In this document: one piece after another, positions 32,456 through 41,934 of the stretch | Layout of the letters: each line of letters opens with the position of its first letter | How positions within the stretch are numbered: position 1 is the stretch's first letter | Virus record (IMG/VR): IMGVR_UViG_3300037483_000173 | Length of the DNA: 41,934 nt | Strand: one strand, 5' to 3' | Source: a virus | Notes under the pieces: generated by a model | Seen by the model: only the letters and a program-made list of their open reading frames with translations | What the model was told of the DNA's origin: nothing | The model's database searches: none | Program-made: the position numbers and the translations under genes

Positions 32456-35049
32456 CCTCGATCCTGTGTCACAAGCTGCGGCATGAGCGCCAAGAGCGTG
32501 CCGGGGAGTGGCTGCCGCTGCAACCAGCAAAATTGATTCTCTGTGTCGTAATTGCCATCCACATTTGCCCGAAGGATACCAGAAAACAGTTCCGGCGGTG
32601 CATCGTCGATATCCGCGGAGGTACGGAAGGTGATTTCGTCCAGATGGTCGAAGTCCATCCCGATCTTCATGCCGAGGGTTCGGTGCAGAAGCATGGCCAT
32701 CTGGTGCATACGCCTGGTCTTGCCCAAGGCCGTGCCATCCCGCGCCCCCGCCTCCAGGCGAAGTATCTGCCCTTTGCTGTCGTAAGCGTAGCCGATATGC
32801 ACCCTCGAGGCTTCATAGCCCAACGTCACCGCACCACTAGCTACCGTGACATCTGGGTGTACCGCGCCATCCGCCAGCACTGCCAGCGTCTCGCCCTCCA
32901 GGTGGTCGAGCCCGGCGAAGGAATCCGTGGCGGGGCCACTATAGGACAAGCCGCAATCGACAAAATACGCATCCTCCTGGCCCATCAGGTCGTCGAACAG
33001 CTGCGTGATATATTCCACATAACGCACGTAGGCCCCATTGACCCATCGGCGCACCAGAAGCCACACATCCTCCCGAGAGCCGTCTGGAGAGGGTATCACC
33101 GCTACGCTCTCCACGGTCGGCGGGCCCCCCGCCGCGTCCCCGTCGCCGCCAAGCACGTGCCTGTGCCAGCCAACGCGCAGTGAATCCGTATCCCGTTCAT
33201 AGGTCATGGCCACCAGAGCGCCGTCGGTGCGTACCGCCCACACCAGCGACTGCGGCTCTTTTTGGTGGGCGATTTCCCGCAGCCCGCTCCCGGTTATGTG
33301 TTCGGCCAAGAGCGTAAGGTCCGGGGAGTCGAATCCGTCATCCTGGATGAAGTACCGTAGCTCCCGCAGCTTGCGGCCGGACCGCTGCACGTACAGCGCC
33401 GCTTTGCCGGCGGAGATGGCCTGCGTGTCATTGCTGCCGTAGGAGGTCGATTTCTTGGCGGAGATATTCGTCGGGGATAGCGCCTCGCCAAGGGAGGACG
33501 GTCGCACGACCCACTCCCCGCCGGAGGTGCCCACCATGAGCCCGCGTTCATCCGCCCGCATCCATCGGATCGCATTCACCGTATTCGAGTTCAGGGTGAA
33601 TGACACCGCATTGGCGTCCGTTACCGTACCATCCTCCTCGGTTGGGGAGAAGCTGGTGTAGTCACCTGATTCACTGCCATCGATGCGCTGCGGTGCGGCA
33701 GCCGACCCCGAGAACATCAGGCGGTCTTCATGGAATAGGACATTGGTGGGGTATCCCGTAGTATCCGACCATAACCCCAGCCGCCAGTCACTGGTCGCTA
33801 TTGTATTGCCGAAATTGGTGCCTACCGTAGCGGACACCACGGTAGCGGACGTGTAGGTGGCAATCGTAGCCCAGCCCCATTGGAATACACTGGTGGATAC
33901 GTACTCCCACGCTACGGTGTTGTCGGTGATCGCCGCGCTGGTTCCGGTAGGCCCGCCGGAGCCAGCGGAGGTCCCGGCAGTCGTACACCGGTAAACCCGC
34001 CCGCTGTCGTTCTGCACCACGTCCCCCACCGCGTAAGCGGTACTCGCGGCCCAGTCCTGTATCAGATGCAAGATTCGTATCGGGCGCCCCACGTCGGTGC
34101 TGGCGAAAGTAGCCGCGGAGGCGGTAAGAGTCACCGTCCCCGAAGTCCCGCTCGATGAGATCGTAGTGGCCGTGGCGTTTATGGACAGGTATGGGCCATC
34201 CAGAAAATCGATAGTATCCAGTGTCCAATCCACATGACTGGTGCGGGATAACGTTCGCGGCGCATAGTCCGGATGCACCAGGTAAAGCACGTCTGCCGAT
34301 TGGACATAACGCAATTGCGCTAGATCGCTCTCGGAATATGGCGTTACCACCTCTACCGCCGTAGCCCCCTCTGAGACTTGCAGAGATATCGCATCTACAT
34401 ATGCGTATCCGGCGGAAGGCACCAAACTCGTGAAGGATAGGTATACCGTTCCAGCAGTCGGCGTAATCGCGACGGTGTGCCTCCCCGCGGAGTATACCGC
34501 ATCCAATATGCCCCCCGTCGTGGAAGTGGTGCCGCAGCGGACCCGTACGTCGTTGACATATGTTGTGAACGTGAGGGTGTGGATGTCCCCCACCGCGGAT
34601 ATCGATACTGCCTGCTCCGCTATGCCCGGTACAGTGCCGTTGCCCTGTACGACCGCCGCTTGTAATGAGGAGGTCCATCCCACAAACCCACTGATTGTGC
34701 CCCAATCGGAGATATCGGTATCGAAGTCGCCATTGGAGATAAGCTCTGGGGCGCCCGTTACCGGGACGTAATCCTTGAATATCCGGATGGTCTGGGGGCC
34801 GAACTCGAGCATATACGCCTGCTCGACCGAAAACTCGAAGGGGATCAACCGGGCGGCACTAGCGGAATCCCCGACTTCGGCCACGAAATAGGTCCCCGGT
34901 CGGCGGGTCAACCCGCCCTGGATGGTTGGGATGTAGTTCTGGCAGAGGGCGAGGCCGGTGGTATACCGTTCAGTATCGACGCGCCCATACAACAAAGGCG
35001 AGAATTCCCCGCCATTGAAGTTGGATTGTAAGGGGGATACTTTGGCCAC
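32452..35049 (-). CDS. Tail tubular protein B (T7 gp12-like nozzle) with an inserted jelly-roll-like domain
   Basis: 865 aa. The N-terminus is SNFNGGEFSPLLYGRVDTERY...GGLTRRPGTYFV, as I recall for gp12-like proteins. Confidence 0.65.
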   Translation of the reverse strand: MAKVSPLQSNFNGGEFSPLLYGRVDTERYTTGLALCQNYIPTIQGGLTRRPGTYFVAEVGDSASAARLIPFEFSVEQAYMLEFGPQTIRIFKDYVPVTGAPELISNGDFDTDISDWGTISGFVGWTSSLQAAVVQGNGTVPGIAEQAVSISAVGDIHTLTFTTYVNDVRVRCGTTSTTGGILDAVYSAGRHTVAITPTAGTVYLSFTSLVPSAGYAYVDAISLQVSEGATAVEVVTPYSESDLAQLRYVQSADVLYLVHPDYAPRTLSRTSHVDWTLDTIDFLDGPYLSINATATTISSSGTSGTVTLTASAATFASTDVGRPIRILHLIQDWAASTAYAVGDVVQNDSGRVYRCTTAGTSAGSGGPTGTSAAITDNTVAWEYVSTSVFQWGWATIATYTSATVVSATVGTNFGNTIATSDWRLGLWSDTTGYPTNVLFHEDRLMFSGSAAAPQRIDGSESGDYTSFSPTEEDGTVTDANAVSFTLNSNTVNAIRWMRADERGLMVGTSGGEWVVRPSSLGEALSPTNISAKKSTSYGSNDTQAISAGKAALYVQRSGRKLRELRYFIQDDGFDSPDLTLLAEHITGSGLREIAHQKEPQSLVWAVRTDGALVAMTYERDTDSLRVGWHRHVLGGDGDAAGGPPTVESVAVIPSPDGSREDVWLLVRRWVNGAYVRYVEYITQLFDDLMGQEDAYFVDCGLSYSGPATDSFAGLDHLEGETLAVLADGAVHPDVTVASGAVTLGYEASRVHIGYAYDSKGQILRLEAGARDGTALGKTRRMHQMAMLLHRTLGMKIGMDFDHLDEITFRTSADIDDAPPELFSGILRANVDGNYDTENQFCWLQRQPLPGTLLALMPQLVTQDRG

Positions 35050-35050
35050 G

Positions 35051-35635
35051 TTATGCCCTCACCGTCAGCCAGGAATCCTCCGGCGGCTCGTCCGACGGCC
35101 GCTCGAAGGCGTTGGCCTTGCGTGCTTCGGTTATCGCCGTCCGGTAATCCGCATCGATGAGTTGGATCTTGGTGTTCGATTGGGTCAGCGGTTCACACAA
35201 TTCCCGGGCCATGCGCATGGCCAGCGCCTCTCGGAACAACGGGTCCATCTTGTTCGGATCGGTAACGCGATGGATATAGCGGATATTCAGCGGCGCAGCA
35301 TAGTCGGTCATGACGCAACTGGCCCCCTCGTGGTGCTCGATGCGCCAGTCCAGGTCGTTCAGGTGCTGATTCGGATCGGGGGGCAGCAGCTTCAGGAAGT
35401 CGGAAGGCAAGGGGTAGGCATAGGCCGGGCCAAAGGCCGGGGCCGTCGCGTCCGCGGCCAACTGAGCCCGCTTGATGGCGAAGCTCCAGCGGTGCGCTCG
35501 CAGTTCGGCATCCCGCAGCGTGGCATAGACGGCGTTGACCGCCCGGGCATTGACGCTGTTCTCGGTGAGGCTGGTGATGCGTGTCGCCCCGATACGGGAC
35601 AGGGCGCGATTGGCAATTTCGACTTCTGAGGCCAT
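35051..35635 (-). CDS. Tail tubular protein A / adaptor (T7 gp11-like)
   Basis: 194 aa with the EIANRALSRIGATRITSL...HRWSFA pattern. Confidence 0.6.
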   Translation of the reverse strand: MASEVEIANRALSRIGATRITSLTENSVNARAVNAVYATLRDAELRAHRWSFAIKRAQLAADATAPAFGPAYAYPLPSDFLKLLPPDPNQHLNDLDWRIEHHEGASCVMTDYAAPLNIRYIHRVTDPNKMDPLFREALAMRMARELCEPLTQSNTKIQLIDADYRTAITEARKANAFERPSDEPPEDSWLTVRA

Positions 35636-36400
35636 CTACTCGTTCTCCAGGACGCCGAACAGCGTCCCCATTATCGTCGCCGCCTTATCCGTGGTATGCA
35701 CCATTCCCACCACGTCCCCTGACTGGAGCGCTAATGGAACGTCGAACGACATAGCCACCGCGCTGTTTGACACCCCAACGGACGCCTGCGGTACTAAGAT
35801 GAGCGGGTCCGTGTATGTGTACTCCCCCAGTCTGGTGGCTACTATCCTCACCCGGCTCTGCGTCAGTGCCGTCTCGCTTATCGAGCTGGCGGCCGCGCCT
35901 GTAATCAGCAGCCGTTTTCCAGCTGGGACCATGCGCATGATGGAGGAGCAACGGACCCTGCCGGTAGCTATCTCGCTGTAAACGGTGCCGCCATTGGATG
36001 CCTGGATAACACCAGCAGCCTTCAACCCGCTTCCGACCTCAGCGACGTGCATACACTGGATAAAACGGATATCCGTAGCCACGGTTAGCGCCGGCGTTAA
36101 TCCATCAAGGGCCACGGTCTCTGTCTGTGGTTCTAAATCCGCGTCGAGGTAGCGGATGTGAACCGCCCGTATACCCGTCCCCGCTGCGGCGTCATCCGCG
36201 CTGGTGCTCGCCAGGCCCATCTGCACGCCTGCGGCGGACGGGAGAGTGAACGCGCCATCCGGCCATATAACGCGGTCGGTCTCGGACTCAAGGGTTGCCC
36301 GCTCACCGTAGGCCATGAAAAGCTCCGCCCCAGGCACCCCACCACGGGCTACATCCCGATAGTAATCGTCGTTCCGGCGGTAGCTGTACGATTCGATCAT
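35636..36400 (-). CDS. Virion-module hypothetical protein
   Basis: 254-aa ORF packed tightly against its neighbours. Confidence 0.55.
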   Translation of the reverse strand: MIESYSYRRNDDYYRDVARGGVPGAELFMAYGERATLESETDRVIWPDGAFTLPSAAGVQMGLASTSADDAAAGTGIRAVHIRYLDADLEPQTETVALDGLTPALTVATDIRFIQCMHVAEVGSGLKAAGVIQASNGGTVYSEIATGRVRCSSIMRMVPAGKRLLITGAAASSISETALTQSRVRIVATRLGEYTYTDPLILVPQASVGVSNSAVAMSFDVPLALQSGDVVGMVHTTDKAATIMGTLFGVLENE

Positions 36401-36418
36401 ACTTCCGCCTCCGGGCGA

Positions 36419-36718
36419 TTAGGTGTCGAAGTCTCCGACGGCGGTCACGGTGGCGCCAGCCCCGGTGGTCACGCTCCACGCTCCGTTACGGGAGCGAGTG
36501 TTGACTTCGATGGAGTAGGTGCCGATAGCCGTGTTTGCAGCCATTACAGGGATAGATGTGGCGCCGTCCTTGACGGATACGGTGCTGGTCGCCGCGGTGC
36601 CCACAGTAATGACCAGCCGGTGCAGCAGGTCACCGGCGCCGCCAGTAGTGCCCAGCACCTGGTCCGTTTGCGATGCTGCTACCGTTTCGTAATCGAAATA
36701 ATCTGCGCCTTGGCTCAT
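36419..36718 (-). CDS. Virion-module hypothetical protein
   Basis: 99-aa ORF. Confidence 0.5.
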   Translation of the reverse strand: MSQGADYFDYETVAASQTDQVLGTTGGAGDLLHRLVITVGTAATSTVSVKDGATSIPVMAANTAIGTYSIEVNTRSRNGAWSVTTGAGATVTAVGDFDT

Positions 36719-36726
36719 GTCACGAC

Positions 36727-36921
36727 CTACGCAATCGGGTTGGTTTCAACGGTGTCCAGATATCCCTCAATCGCCTCCAACGCCTCGCGCACGAACAGCT
36801 TCTGCGCGTAGGCAGAGTCCGAGATGCGCAGTTCGACGGCAGCGGAGGTGGTACTGGAGTCTTCGGTCACGTCAGTCGGGAGTTTGCCCCCGATGGCAAC
36901 ACCATAAAATCTGTCAGCCAT
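36727..36921 (-). CDS. Virion-module hypothetical protein
   Basis: 64-aa ORF. Confidence 0.45.
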   Translation of the reverse strand: MADRFYGVAIGGKLPTDVTEDSSTTSAAVELRISDSAYAQKLFVREALEAIEGYLDTVETNPIA

Positions 36922-36970
36922 GTCGGCCTCCTGTCAAACAGGAGCGGGGCCGAAGCCCCGCCCATGTTGG

Positions 36971-37477
36971 TTACTGGGTGTAACGCACCCGCAGAGTGAC
37001 ATCCGGGGTGGCCCCGGCGCCGTTGGCCTCCGTCAGCGTCAGCGCCACATCGTAGTCGCGCTGCGGATCGGCAGACAGGCCCAGTGCTTCCCACAGCGGC
37101 TTCTCCACGTCCTCGATGCCGAACACGCCGGACTCGTGGGTCACGGCGGTGTTGGGCAGGGCTGACGTGAGATCCACCGCCGATGCGAAGAAGTCGGCAT
37201 CCACTACTGCGCCACCATTGGCGGAGGTCTGGTAGATACCGATGTCGGACGCACCCGTGGTGTCGAAGGCGTCGCAGGACAGAATGACCTCCGAGATGCG
37301 GGCGTTCGATGGGATGCGGGCCAGTCGGTAGGTGGAACCGATACTGGCGGACGCGGATGCCTGCTTGGTGCCGATGGCCTCCTGGATAGGAGCACGGGCC
37401 ACACGGGCGTTGTTGAATACCACCGGAGTGGCGTCGGCGTTGGTGATCGCCGCAGATTTCAGAGCTTCAACAGCCAT
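36971..37477 (-). CDS. Putative head decoration / cement protein (assigned by position)
   Basis: 168-aa ORF immediately after the capsid gene. Confidence 0.45.
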   Translation of the reverse strand: MAVEALKSAAITNADATPVVFNNARVARAPIQEAIGTKQASASASIGSTYRLARIPSNARISEVILSCDAFDTTGASDIGIYQTSANGGAVVDADFFASAVDLTSALPNTAVTHESGVFGIEDVEKPLWEALGLSADPQRDYDVALTLTEANGAGATPDVTLRVRYTQ

Positions 37478-37493
37478 GGTTCATTCCTCCAGG

Positions 37494-38387
37494 TTACGAG
37501 CGGTAAGACTCGATGGCGTACACCTTGTCTTCTTCAAGACGGGTGGCACCGGCGGTCATGGTGGTGTAGAGCTGCCAGGGCTCGCCCTGCAGGTCGTTAC
37601 GCTGGGAGACGCTGTTCTTGATGTCGTCCCACAGACCCAGGTACATGCCGCTCTTGACCCACACCGGCAGAGTCACCTCGTTGGTGCCGGCCAGGACAGT
37701 CTCGATCAGCTCGCAGTGGATGAACTTGAAGCCGAGGAACTCGGTCACCTTGCCGTTCTGCAACACCGGCATGCCGCCGTTGAAGTCGGAACTGATGACC
37801 TGGATCTCGTTCAGCAGGGAAGCGTGGTCCGCCGCGGTGATGCCGATGAAGACTTCCTCCATGTCGAAATCGACGTGGTTGGCCATCATCAGTTCCTTCA
37901 CAGCCTTGATCTTCGCTACGTTCAGCTTGGAGGCCGCGCCGCCAGTGGCGACATCCACCTCGTTGGCCGCGGTGAAGCTGGTGCTGGTGCCACCTGCCTC
38001 GCCGGTCTTGGCGGTGCCGGTGAAGGCGCTGCAGATGAGGCGGTCGAACTGACGGCCCGCAGCCATGACCGCATTGGTGACGTAGGAGCTTTCCGGATCG
38101 GTGATCATGCGCAGCTTGTCGAAGCTGTCGATGAGCTGCGGCAGGTCGAAGTCGGAGGGGAACACCCAGCGACGGTCGGTAGCCGCGTCCACACGGCCCA
38201 TCGGGGCGAAGCGTGAGGATACCGCCTGCATCTCCACGGCGCCGAACTGGTCCACAGGCGATGCCTGTTTACCGGTGTGCGAGCCCATGGTTACCGCGTT
38301 GCGGAGCTTGGAGCCCTTCTGCTGGAGCAGCAGGGAGATGTTGGTGCTGTATTCCTGGATATAATGAGTAGGCAGATTGATGGACAT
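37494..38387 (-). CDS. Major capsid protein
   Basis: ATG at 38387 follows GGAGGG. 297 aa. It lies after the scaffold gene and its composition is typical of a capsid protein. Confidence 0.7.
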   Translation of the reverse strand: MSINLPTHYIQEYSTNISLLLQQKGSKLRNAVTMGSHTGKQASPVDQFGAVEMQAVSSRFAPMGRVDAATDRRWVFPSDFDLPQLIDSFDKLRMITDPESSYVTNAVMAAGRQFDRLICSAFTGTAKTGEAGGTSTSFTAANEVDVATGGAASKLNVAKIKAVKELMMANHVDFDMEEVFIGITAADHASLLNEIQVISSDFNGGMPVLQNGKVTEFLGFKFIHCELIETVLAGTNEVTLPVWVKSGMYLGLWDDIKNSVSQRNDLQGEPWQLYTTMTAGATRLEEDKVYAIESYRS

Positions 38388-38509
38388 AGCGCCCTCCAAA
38401 AGTCGTTAAAGTGATCACGATTTCCGAAGTGCTTGTCCGCCAATGGCAGGGCCATCTTCACGCCCATACCCAGGGCTGGGGTGCCGTCTGTCCGGCGGTC
38501 TTGCGGCTC

Positions 38510-38698
38510 TTACGAGTTCCCGCGTCGTAGGTGCTTCGGCGGCAGCTTCAGGGTTTTATCCCCCGCAGGCGCCGCTTTGGCTGTTTCGCCCAGCACGTAT
38601 GTCTCGAGTACCTTCGCTCGCTCCACGGCTTCCGAGGATTCCCGACCGTGGGAGTAGGTGAGCTTCAGCAACTCTAGACGCAATTCTTGACTGGCCAT
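38510..38698 (-). CDS. Small hypothetical protein
   Basis: 62-aa ORF. Confidence 0.35.
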   Translation of the reverse strand: MASQELRLELLKLTYSHGRESSEAVERAKVLETYVLGETAKAAPAGDKTLKLPPKHLRRGNS

Positions 38699-38733
38699 AG
38701 TGGGTAAGATACCTCAGTTTCTGTAAATTGCAA

Positions 38734-38907
38734 CTATTTGCCCAGCAACACTTTGCGGGCCTTGCCGCCACGATACCCACTGGTGTGGGCCGCCCGCCCC
38801 TGAGCCTCCGCCTTTTCCTCGGCATCCTCCCCGCGATAGACCTTACCGGAGCTACCCCATTGGTAGCCCACGATACGGCCGTTCTCGCGGACAGGATGTA
38901 CGGGCAT
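38734..38907 (-). CDS. Small hypothetical protein (57 aa, below the ORF-track cutoff)
   Basis: Hand translation gives MPVHPVRENGRIVGYQWGSSGKVYRGEDAEEKAEAQGRAAHTSGYRGGKARKVLLGK. The ATG lies three nt after the scaffold stop. Confidence 0.4.
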   Translation of the reverse strand: MPVHPVRENGRIVGYQWGSSGKVYRGEDAEEKAEAQGRAAHTSGYRGGKARKVLLGK

Positions 38908-38910
38908 GGC

Positions 38911-39774
38911 CTACTCCGGATACGCCCACTTGTGCAGCTTGGACATCTCTTCCCGCGCCGCACGGTCGCCGGACAGGTAGCGGTGGGTCCACTCCTTATC
39001 CGCCTTCAGCTCGGCGATCTTGCTGCGAGCGGCCTCCGGTGACAGGGCTCCGAAACCGGCATTGCTGCCGTTGCTTACGAAATCGCTCTCCCCCATCTTG
39101 CTGCCGAGATTGTGGAACAGCTCCATGACCTTGGCGAAGCCCATGCTGGACTCGAGCGCATCGATAGTGTCCGCGTCGAGGCCGAGGTTCTGCGCGGCCT
39201 GCGCCGCCATACGGGTGTTCTGGTCATGGGCCGCCCCCCATTTGAGCTTGAGCGCAGCTGCTTCGGATTCCACCTTGGCCGCTTGTGCCTCCTGGGCCTG
39301 CTGCTGCATGGCCGCGCCGAACTCGTCGTATTTTGCGGCCAGCTGCTCCGCCATGGCCTTGGGCATGCCCAGCTCGTGGAAGGTCTTGCCCGCCCATTCG
39401 CTGAATGACGGATCGCCCCCCTCCGGGGCCTTGAAGCCATACCCGCTCGGGTCTTCAGGTCGGCCCAGTTTCGTCCACACGTCGTTCCACGCCTCGGGCG
39501 GCGCGTCGGACTTTGGCAGCTTCAGTACCTGATCCGCCGGTACGCCCAGCAGCTTCTCGGCGTTGCGATAGCTGTCCACCACCGCGGCGGGGTCTTTCCA
39601 GCCCTTGTTCTGGACATAGCCTTTCAGGTCGTCGCCGAATCCGTCGAACCAGTTGGCGTTCGCCGCCGGTGCGGATACCGCCGGGGCCTGTACTTCAGGT
39701 GCGGCGGCCGGAGCTTCCGGTGCCGCAGTTGTGCCCGGCTCGACGGCCGGCGCTGCGGGTGCTGCTTCGCTCAT
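38911..39774 (-). CDS. Scaffolding protein (putative)
   Basis: ATG at 39774 overlaps the upstream TGA (ATGA). The N-terminus is Ala/Pro-rich and the body is helical. It lies between the portal and capsid genes. Confidence 0.6.
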   Translation of the reverse strand: MSEAAPAAPAVEPGTTAAPEAPAAAPEVQAPAVSAPAANANWFDGFGDDLKGYVQNKGWKDPAAVVDSYRNAEKLLGVPADQVLKLPKSDAPPEAWNDVWTKLGRPEDPSGYGFKAPEGGDPSFSEWAGKTFHELGMPKAMAEQLAAKYDEFGAAMQQQAQEAQAAKVESEAAALKLKWGAAHDQNTRMAAQAAQNLGLDADTIDALESSMGFAKVMELFHNLGSKMGESDFVSNGSNAGFGALSPEAARSKIAELKADKEWTHRYLSGDRAAREEMSKLHKWAYPE

Positions 39775-40037
39775 TGCTTCATCCTCTCGTTGAGTAGAGA
39801 CCACAAATCCTGTTCACTGAGATTGAGGTGCTGCTGAATGCGCAGCCACACCTCGCGCCGGCCGTCCAGATTGGCGGCCGCCCTCGGGTCCGGGTGGAAC
39901 GTGCTGTCCGCCGCCCGACAGAATCGCGCTAGATCGGTTAACACTCGCCCCCCTTCCGGGTTGTCAAAAATTGCGTGATAGGCCCGCTTGCGGCGGAATA
40001 CCAGTTCTTTTACCTTGTCCAGTAGGGTATCGGTCAT
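39771..40037 (-). CDS. Small conserved phage protein (possibly Bbp19-like)
   Basis: 88 aa with ATGA coupling to the portal gene. The family assignment is from memory only. Confidence 0.4.
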   Translation of the reverse strand: MTDTLLDKVKELVFRRKRAYHAIFDNPEGGRVLTDLARFCRAADSTFHPDPRAAANLDGRREVWLRIQQHLNLSEQDLWSLLNERMKQ

Positions 40038-41665
40038 TGCCCCGCCTTCTCCGCTACCGCCTGGGCCTTGGTCATCGCCGCCACGCCGGGCATGGCATTA
40101 ACCGCCTGCTGCTGCTCGGCCTGCTGCTGCCGCCCCTGGCGGAGGGCCTGCACCTGATCCATCGCCCGCATCCACCGCTGCGGCACCGCCTGGATCTCGG
40201 CGATTTCCGGCACGATAACGTCCCAGTCGAAGTGGTCCAGCGGCTCCGGGTTCTGCGTGACATTGACCACGCCGAGTGTCGTCTCGATGGTGCGCATGAT
40301 GCCCGCCACCTCTTCGGCACGCTGGGCGCGGGACAGCGGGGAATCGTATTCCACCCGGTACTCGCCCTGGGCCTCCAGCAGTGCCGGCGGCGGCGGTGGC
40401 ATCAGGCCCTGACGCACCAGCAGGTCCACCTCGCGCTCGATGAGCGGCCCCAGGTACTCGGACTGTTGCCGGCCGATGGTCGGGGCCAGCAGGATCCCCT
40501 TCTCGCGGGTGCGCTCCATGACCTCAGTTGCGGTCATCTGCGGCGTCTCGACCAGGATCTGGAACAGGGTCACAAGGAAAGCGTCGTTGATGATGGCCCG
40601 CTCGTCGTCCATCATCTCCTTACCCACGGCAAGGTTGCCGGTCGGCAGGGTGTGCACCAGAGGTCTACCCTGTGCGTCCACGCCGCCGTAATTCAGCGCC
40701 CCGGGCTTCATGCTGAAGTTGCTCAGTACGCCGTCGTCGTGCATCAGCAGCACCGGGTCTACCGCCCGGTGGCCCTGCTTGAGGATCGTCTTCTTCTCCT
40801 CGTTCAGCGTCTTGATCGCAGGCAGCACGTCCATCGCCGGAGACCGGCCATACACCTCGCCGGGCGCCTGCTCGTAGCGGCTGATGGCATAGGGGAACGT
40901 GGTGAAGCCCTCCTCGGCCAGCAGGACTTGCCCTTCCTCCGCCACGTAGTAAGACGCCACCGGCATCCCCCGAGCATCCATCCTGTTGCCGTCGTAGTCT
41001 TCCCGTGGCTTGGTGCAGTGCACGAACCAGAACTTCTGATTCTTGTTCTTGTACTCGGCGATGTTCTTCGGCAGCGCATCGCCCCATTGCTGCTGCGCCT
41101 GGCGGGCGGTCAGCTCGAAGCGGCGATACGCGGTGTCCACCAGGCCCTGGTGGTTCTCTTTCAGGTAGATTTCACCCAGTCCGATGGCCCTGTACCTCAG
41201 GCCCGGCTCCTTGCGCAGCTGGTCGATGAACACGCAGCCGGTGCCAAACGCCCCAAGGCTCAAGTAGTTCTGCTGGTTCTGGCTGGCGAAGTTGGCGTTC
41301 GGTGCATACCGATGGCGGAACAGGATGCGGGTGGCCTCCTCGAACCACAGCTTCACGGACCGGTCTTTTGCCAAATACGGATCGCTGGGCAGCATCCGGT
41401 GCCAGGTGGCGTTGCGTGGAGTTAGCAGCGAATCGAGGATGGCCCCGAACCGTTTCAAGGCCACGCTGGCGGTGGAGTCGAAGATGTACTCGGTGCGCTT
41501 CTCGCCTGGAGATCGAAAGGAGTTGGTGTGAAAGGTGTTGACGTAGGCGGGCAATACCCGCTGGGCGATCTCATTCCAATGGCCCTCAAAATTGCCTCTA
41601 TCGCCAGTTAGCTGGCCGAGTTCTTCGAGGATATCCTGTGCGGTGCTGTCCCCGCCGGCGGCCAT
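40034..41665 (-). CDS. Portal (head-tail connector, podovirus type)
   Basis: 543-aa ORF in the expected position upstream of the scaffold and capsid genes. Confidence 0.75.
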   Translation of the reverse strand: MAAGGDSTAQDILEELGQLTGDRGNFEGHWNEIAQRVLPAYVNTFHTNSFRSPGEKRTEYIFDSTASVALKRFGAILDSLLTPRNATWHRMLPSDPYLAKDRSVKLWFEEATRILFRHRYAPNANFASQNQQNYLSLGAFGTGCVFIDQLRKEPGLRYRAIGLGEIYLKENHQGLVDTAYRRFELTARQAQQQWGDALPKNIAEYKNKNQKFWFVHCTKPREDYDGNRMDARGMPVASYYVAEEGQVLLAEEGFTTFPYAISRYEQAPGEVYGRSPAMDVLPAIKTLNEEKKTILKQGHRAVDPVLLMHDDGVLSNFSMKPGALNYGGVDAQGRPLVHTLPTGNLAVGKEMMDDERAIINDAFLVTLFQILVETPQMTATEVMERTREKGILLAPTIGRQQSEYLGPLIEREVDLLVRQGLMPPPPPALLEAQGEYRVEYDSPLSRAQRAEEVAGIMRTIETTLGVVNVTQNPEPLDHFDWDVIVPEIAEIQAVPQRWMRAMDQVQALRQGRQQQAEQQQAVNAMPGVAAMTKAQAVAEKAGQ

Positions 41666-41668
41666 GCC

Positions 41669-41934
41669 CTATTGCCCCAGCAGAGTGCGGGACGCAGCCG
41701 GCCCGGAGTCAAGGACCCCCTGCGACCCGGTGAGCAGGGTTGAGGCCCGGCCACGTGCCTGCCGTCCGCCAACGGCGACGTTCCGGCTGCGCCGGATCTG
41801 CGCGTTTCGTTGATCTTCCGCGTACTGTTGCTGCTGCGCATCGAATTCCGCCTGTTGCGCGGCTTGCTGCCGGGCGACTTCCTTCGCCGCTTCTTCCCCG
41901 GACAGCTCGGCCATCGTCGGCAGGCCGATATTCT
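41669..41934 (-). CDS. Hypothetical protein, 3' portion of the junction-spanning gene (5' portion at 128-233)
   Basis: TAG at 41669-41671. The frame is open to the window edge and continuous with the 1-233 segment through the 127-bp overlap. Confidence 0.6.
   Translation of the reverse strand, partial: NIGLPTMAELSGEEAAKEVARQQAAQQAEFDAQQQQYAEDQRNAQIRRSRNVAVGGRQARGRASTLLTGSQGVLDSGPAASRTLLGQ
41808..41934. repeat. Terminal direct repeat, right copy, identical to 1-127
   Basis: Same 127-nt string as the window start. Confidence 0.95.

Overview
The window is a complete, circularly closed phage genome. Bases 1-127 are identical to 41808-41934, so the unique length is about 41,807 bp. It is GC-rich by eye and I saw no rRNA, tRNA, CRISPR array or integrase. 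There are four transcription blocks. (1) A long minus-strand late block starts at a divergent control region near 3100-3450. It runs TerS, TerL and a GNAT, crosses the contig junction, then continues with portal, scaffold, major capsid, tail tubular A/B-like proteins, a GNAT, four internal-virion (ejection) type proteins, a tailspike and a lysis cassette, ending at 21632. This is the T7-supergroup podovirus gene order, but no phage RNA polymerase is present. (2) A short plus-strand early block (3570-5677) includes a 32-unit pentapeptide-repeat protein. (3) A minus-strand block (8490-5822) encodes a Cro-like HTH, a prim-pol and a VirE/D5-type helicase. (4) A plus-strand replication and accessory block (8669-21635) carries a DUF2800-like nuclease, DUF2815-like SSB, a Lar-like protein, methyltransferases, family A DNA polymerase, VRR-NUC and an SNF2 helicase. 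The items most worth follow-up are these. One ejection-module protein carries a clear GGDEF (diguanylate-cyclase fold) domain with GGDEV and an altered specificity position. The DNA polymerase gene is cut into two cistrons by an unknown 175-aa ORF. It also carries an intein whose HNH endonuclease homologue is in a different frame from the intein. The C5-methyltransferase has conserved motifs split across two frames. A PCQ-motif methyltransferase-like protein lacks any SAM-binding motif I. An iteron array with an AT-rich block lies next to terS. A 10-bp perfect palindrome, CTTGTACAAG, occurs only at three promoter regions. All family names come from my reading of motifs in the translations, not from database searches.
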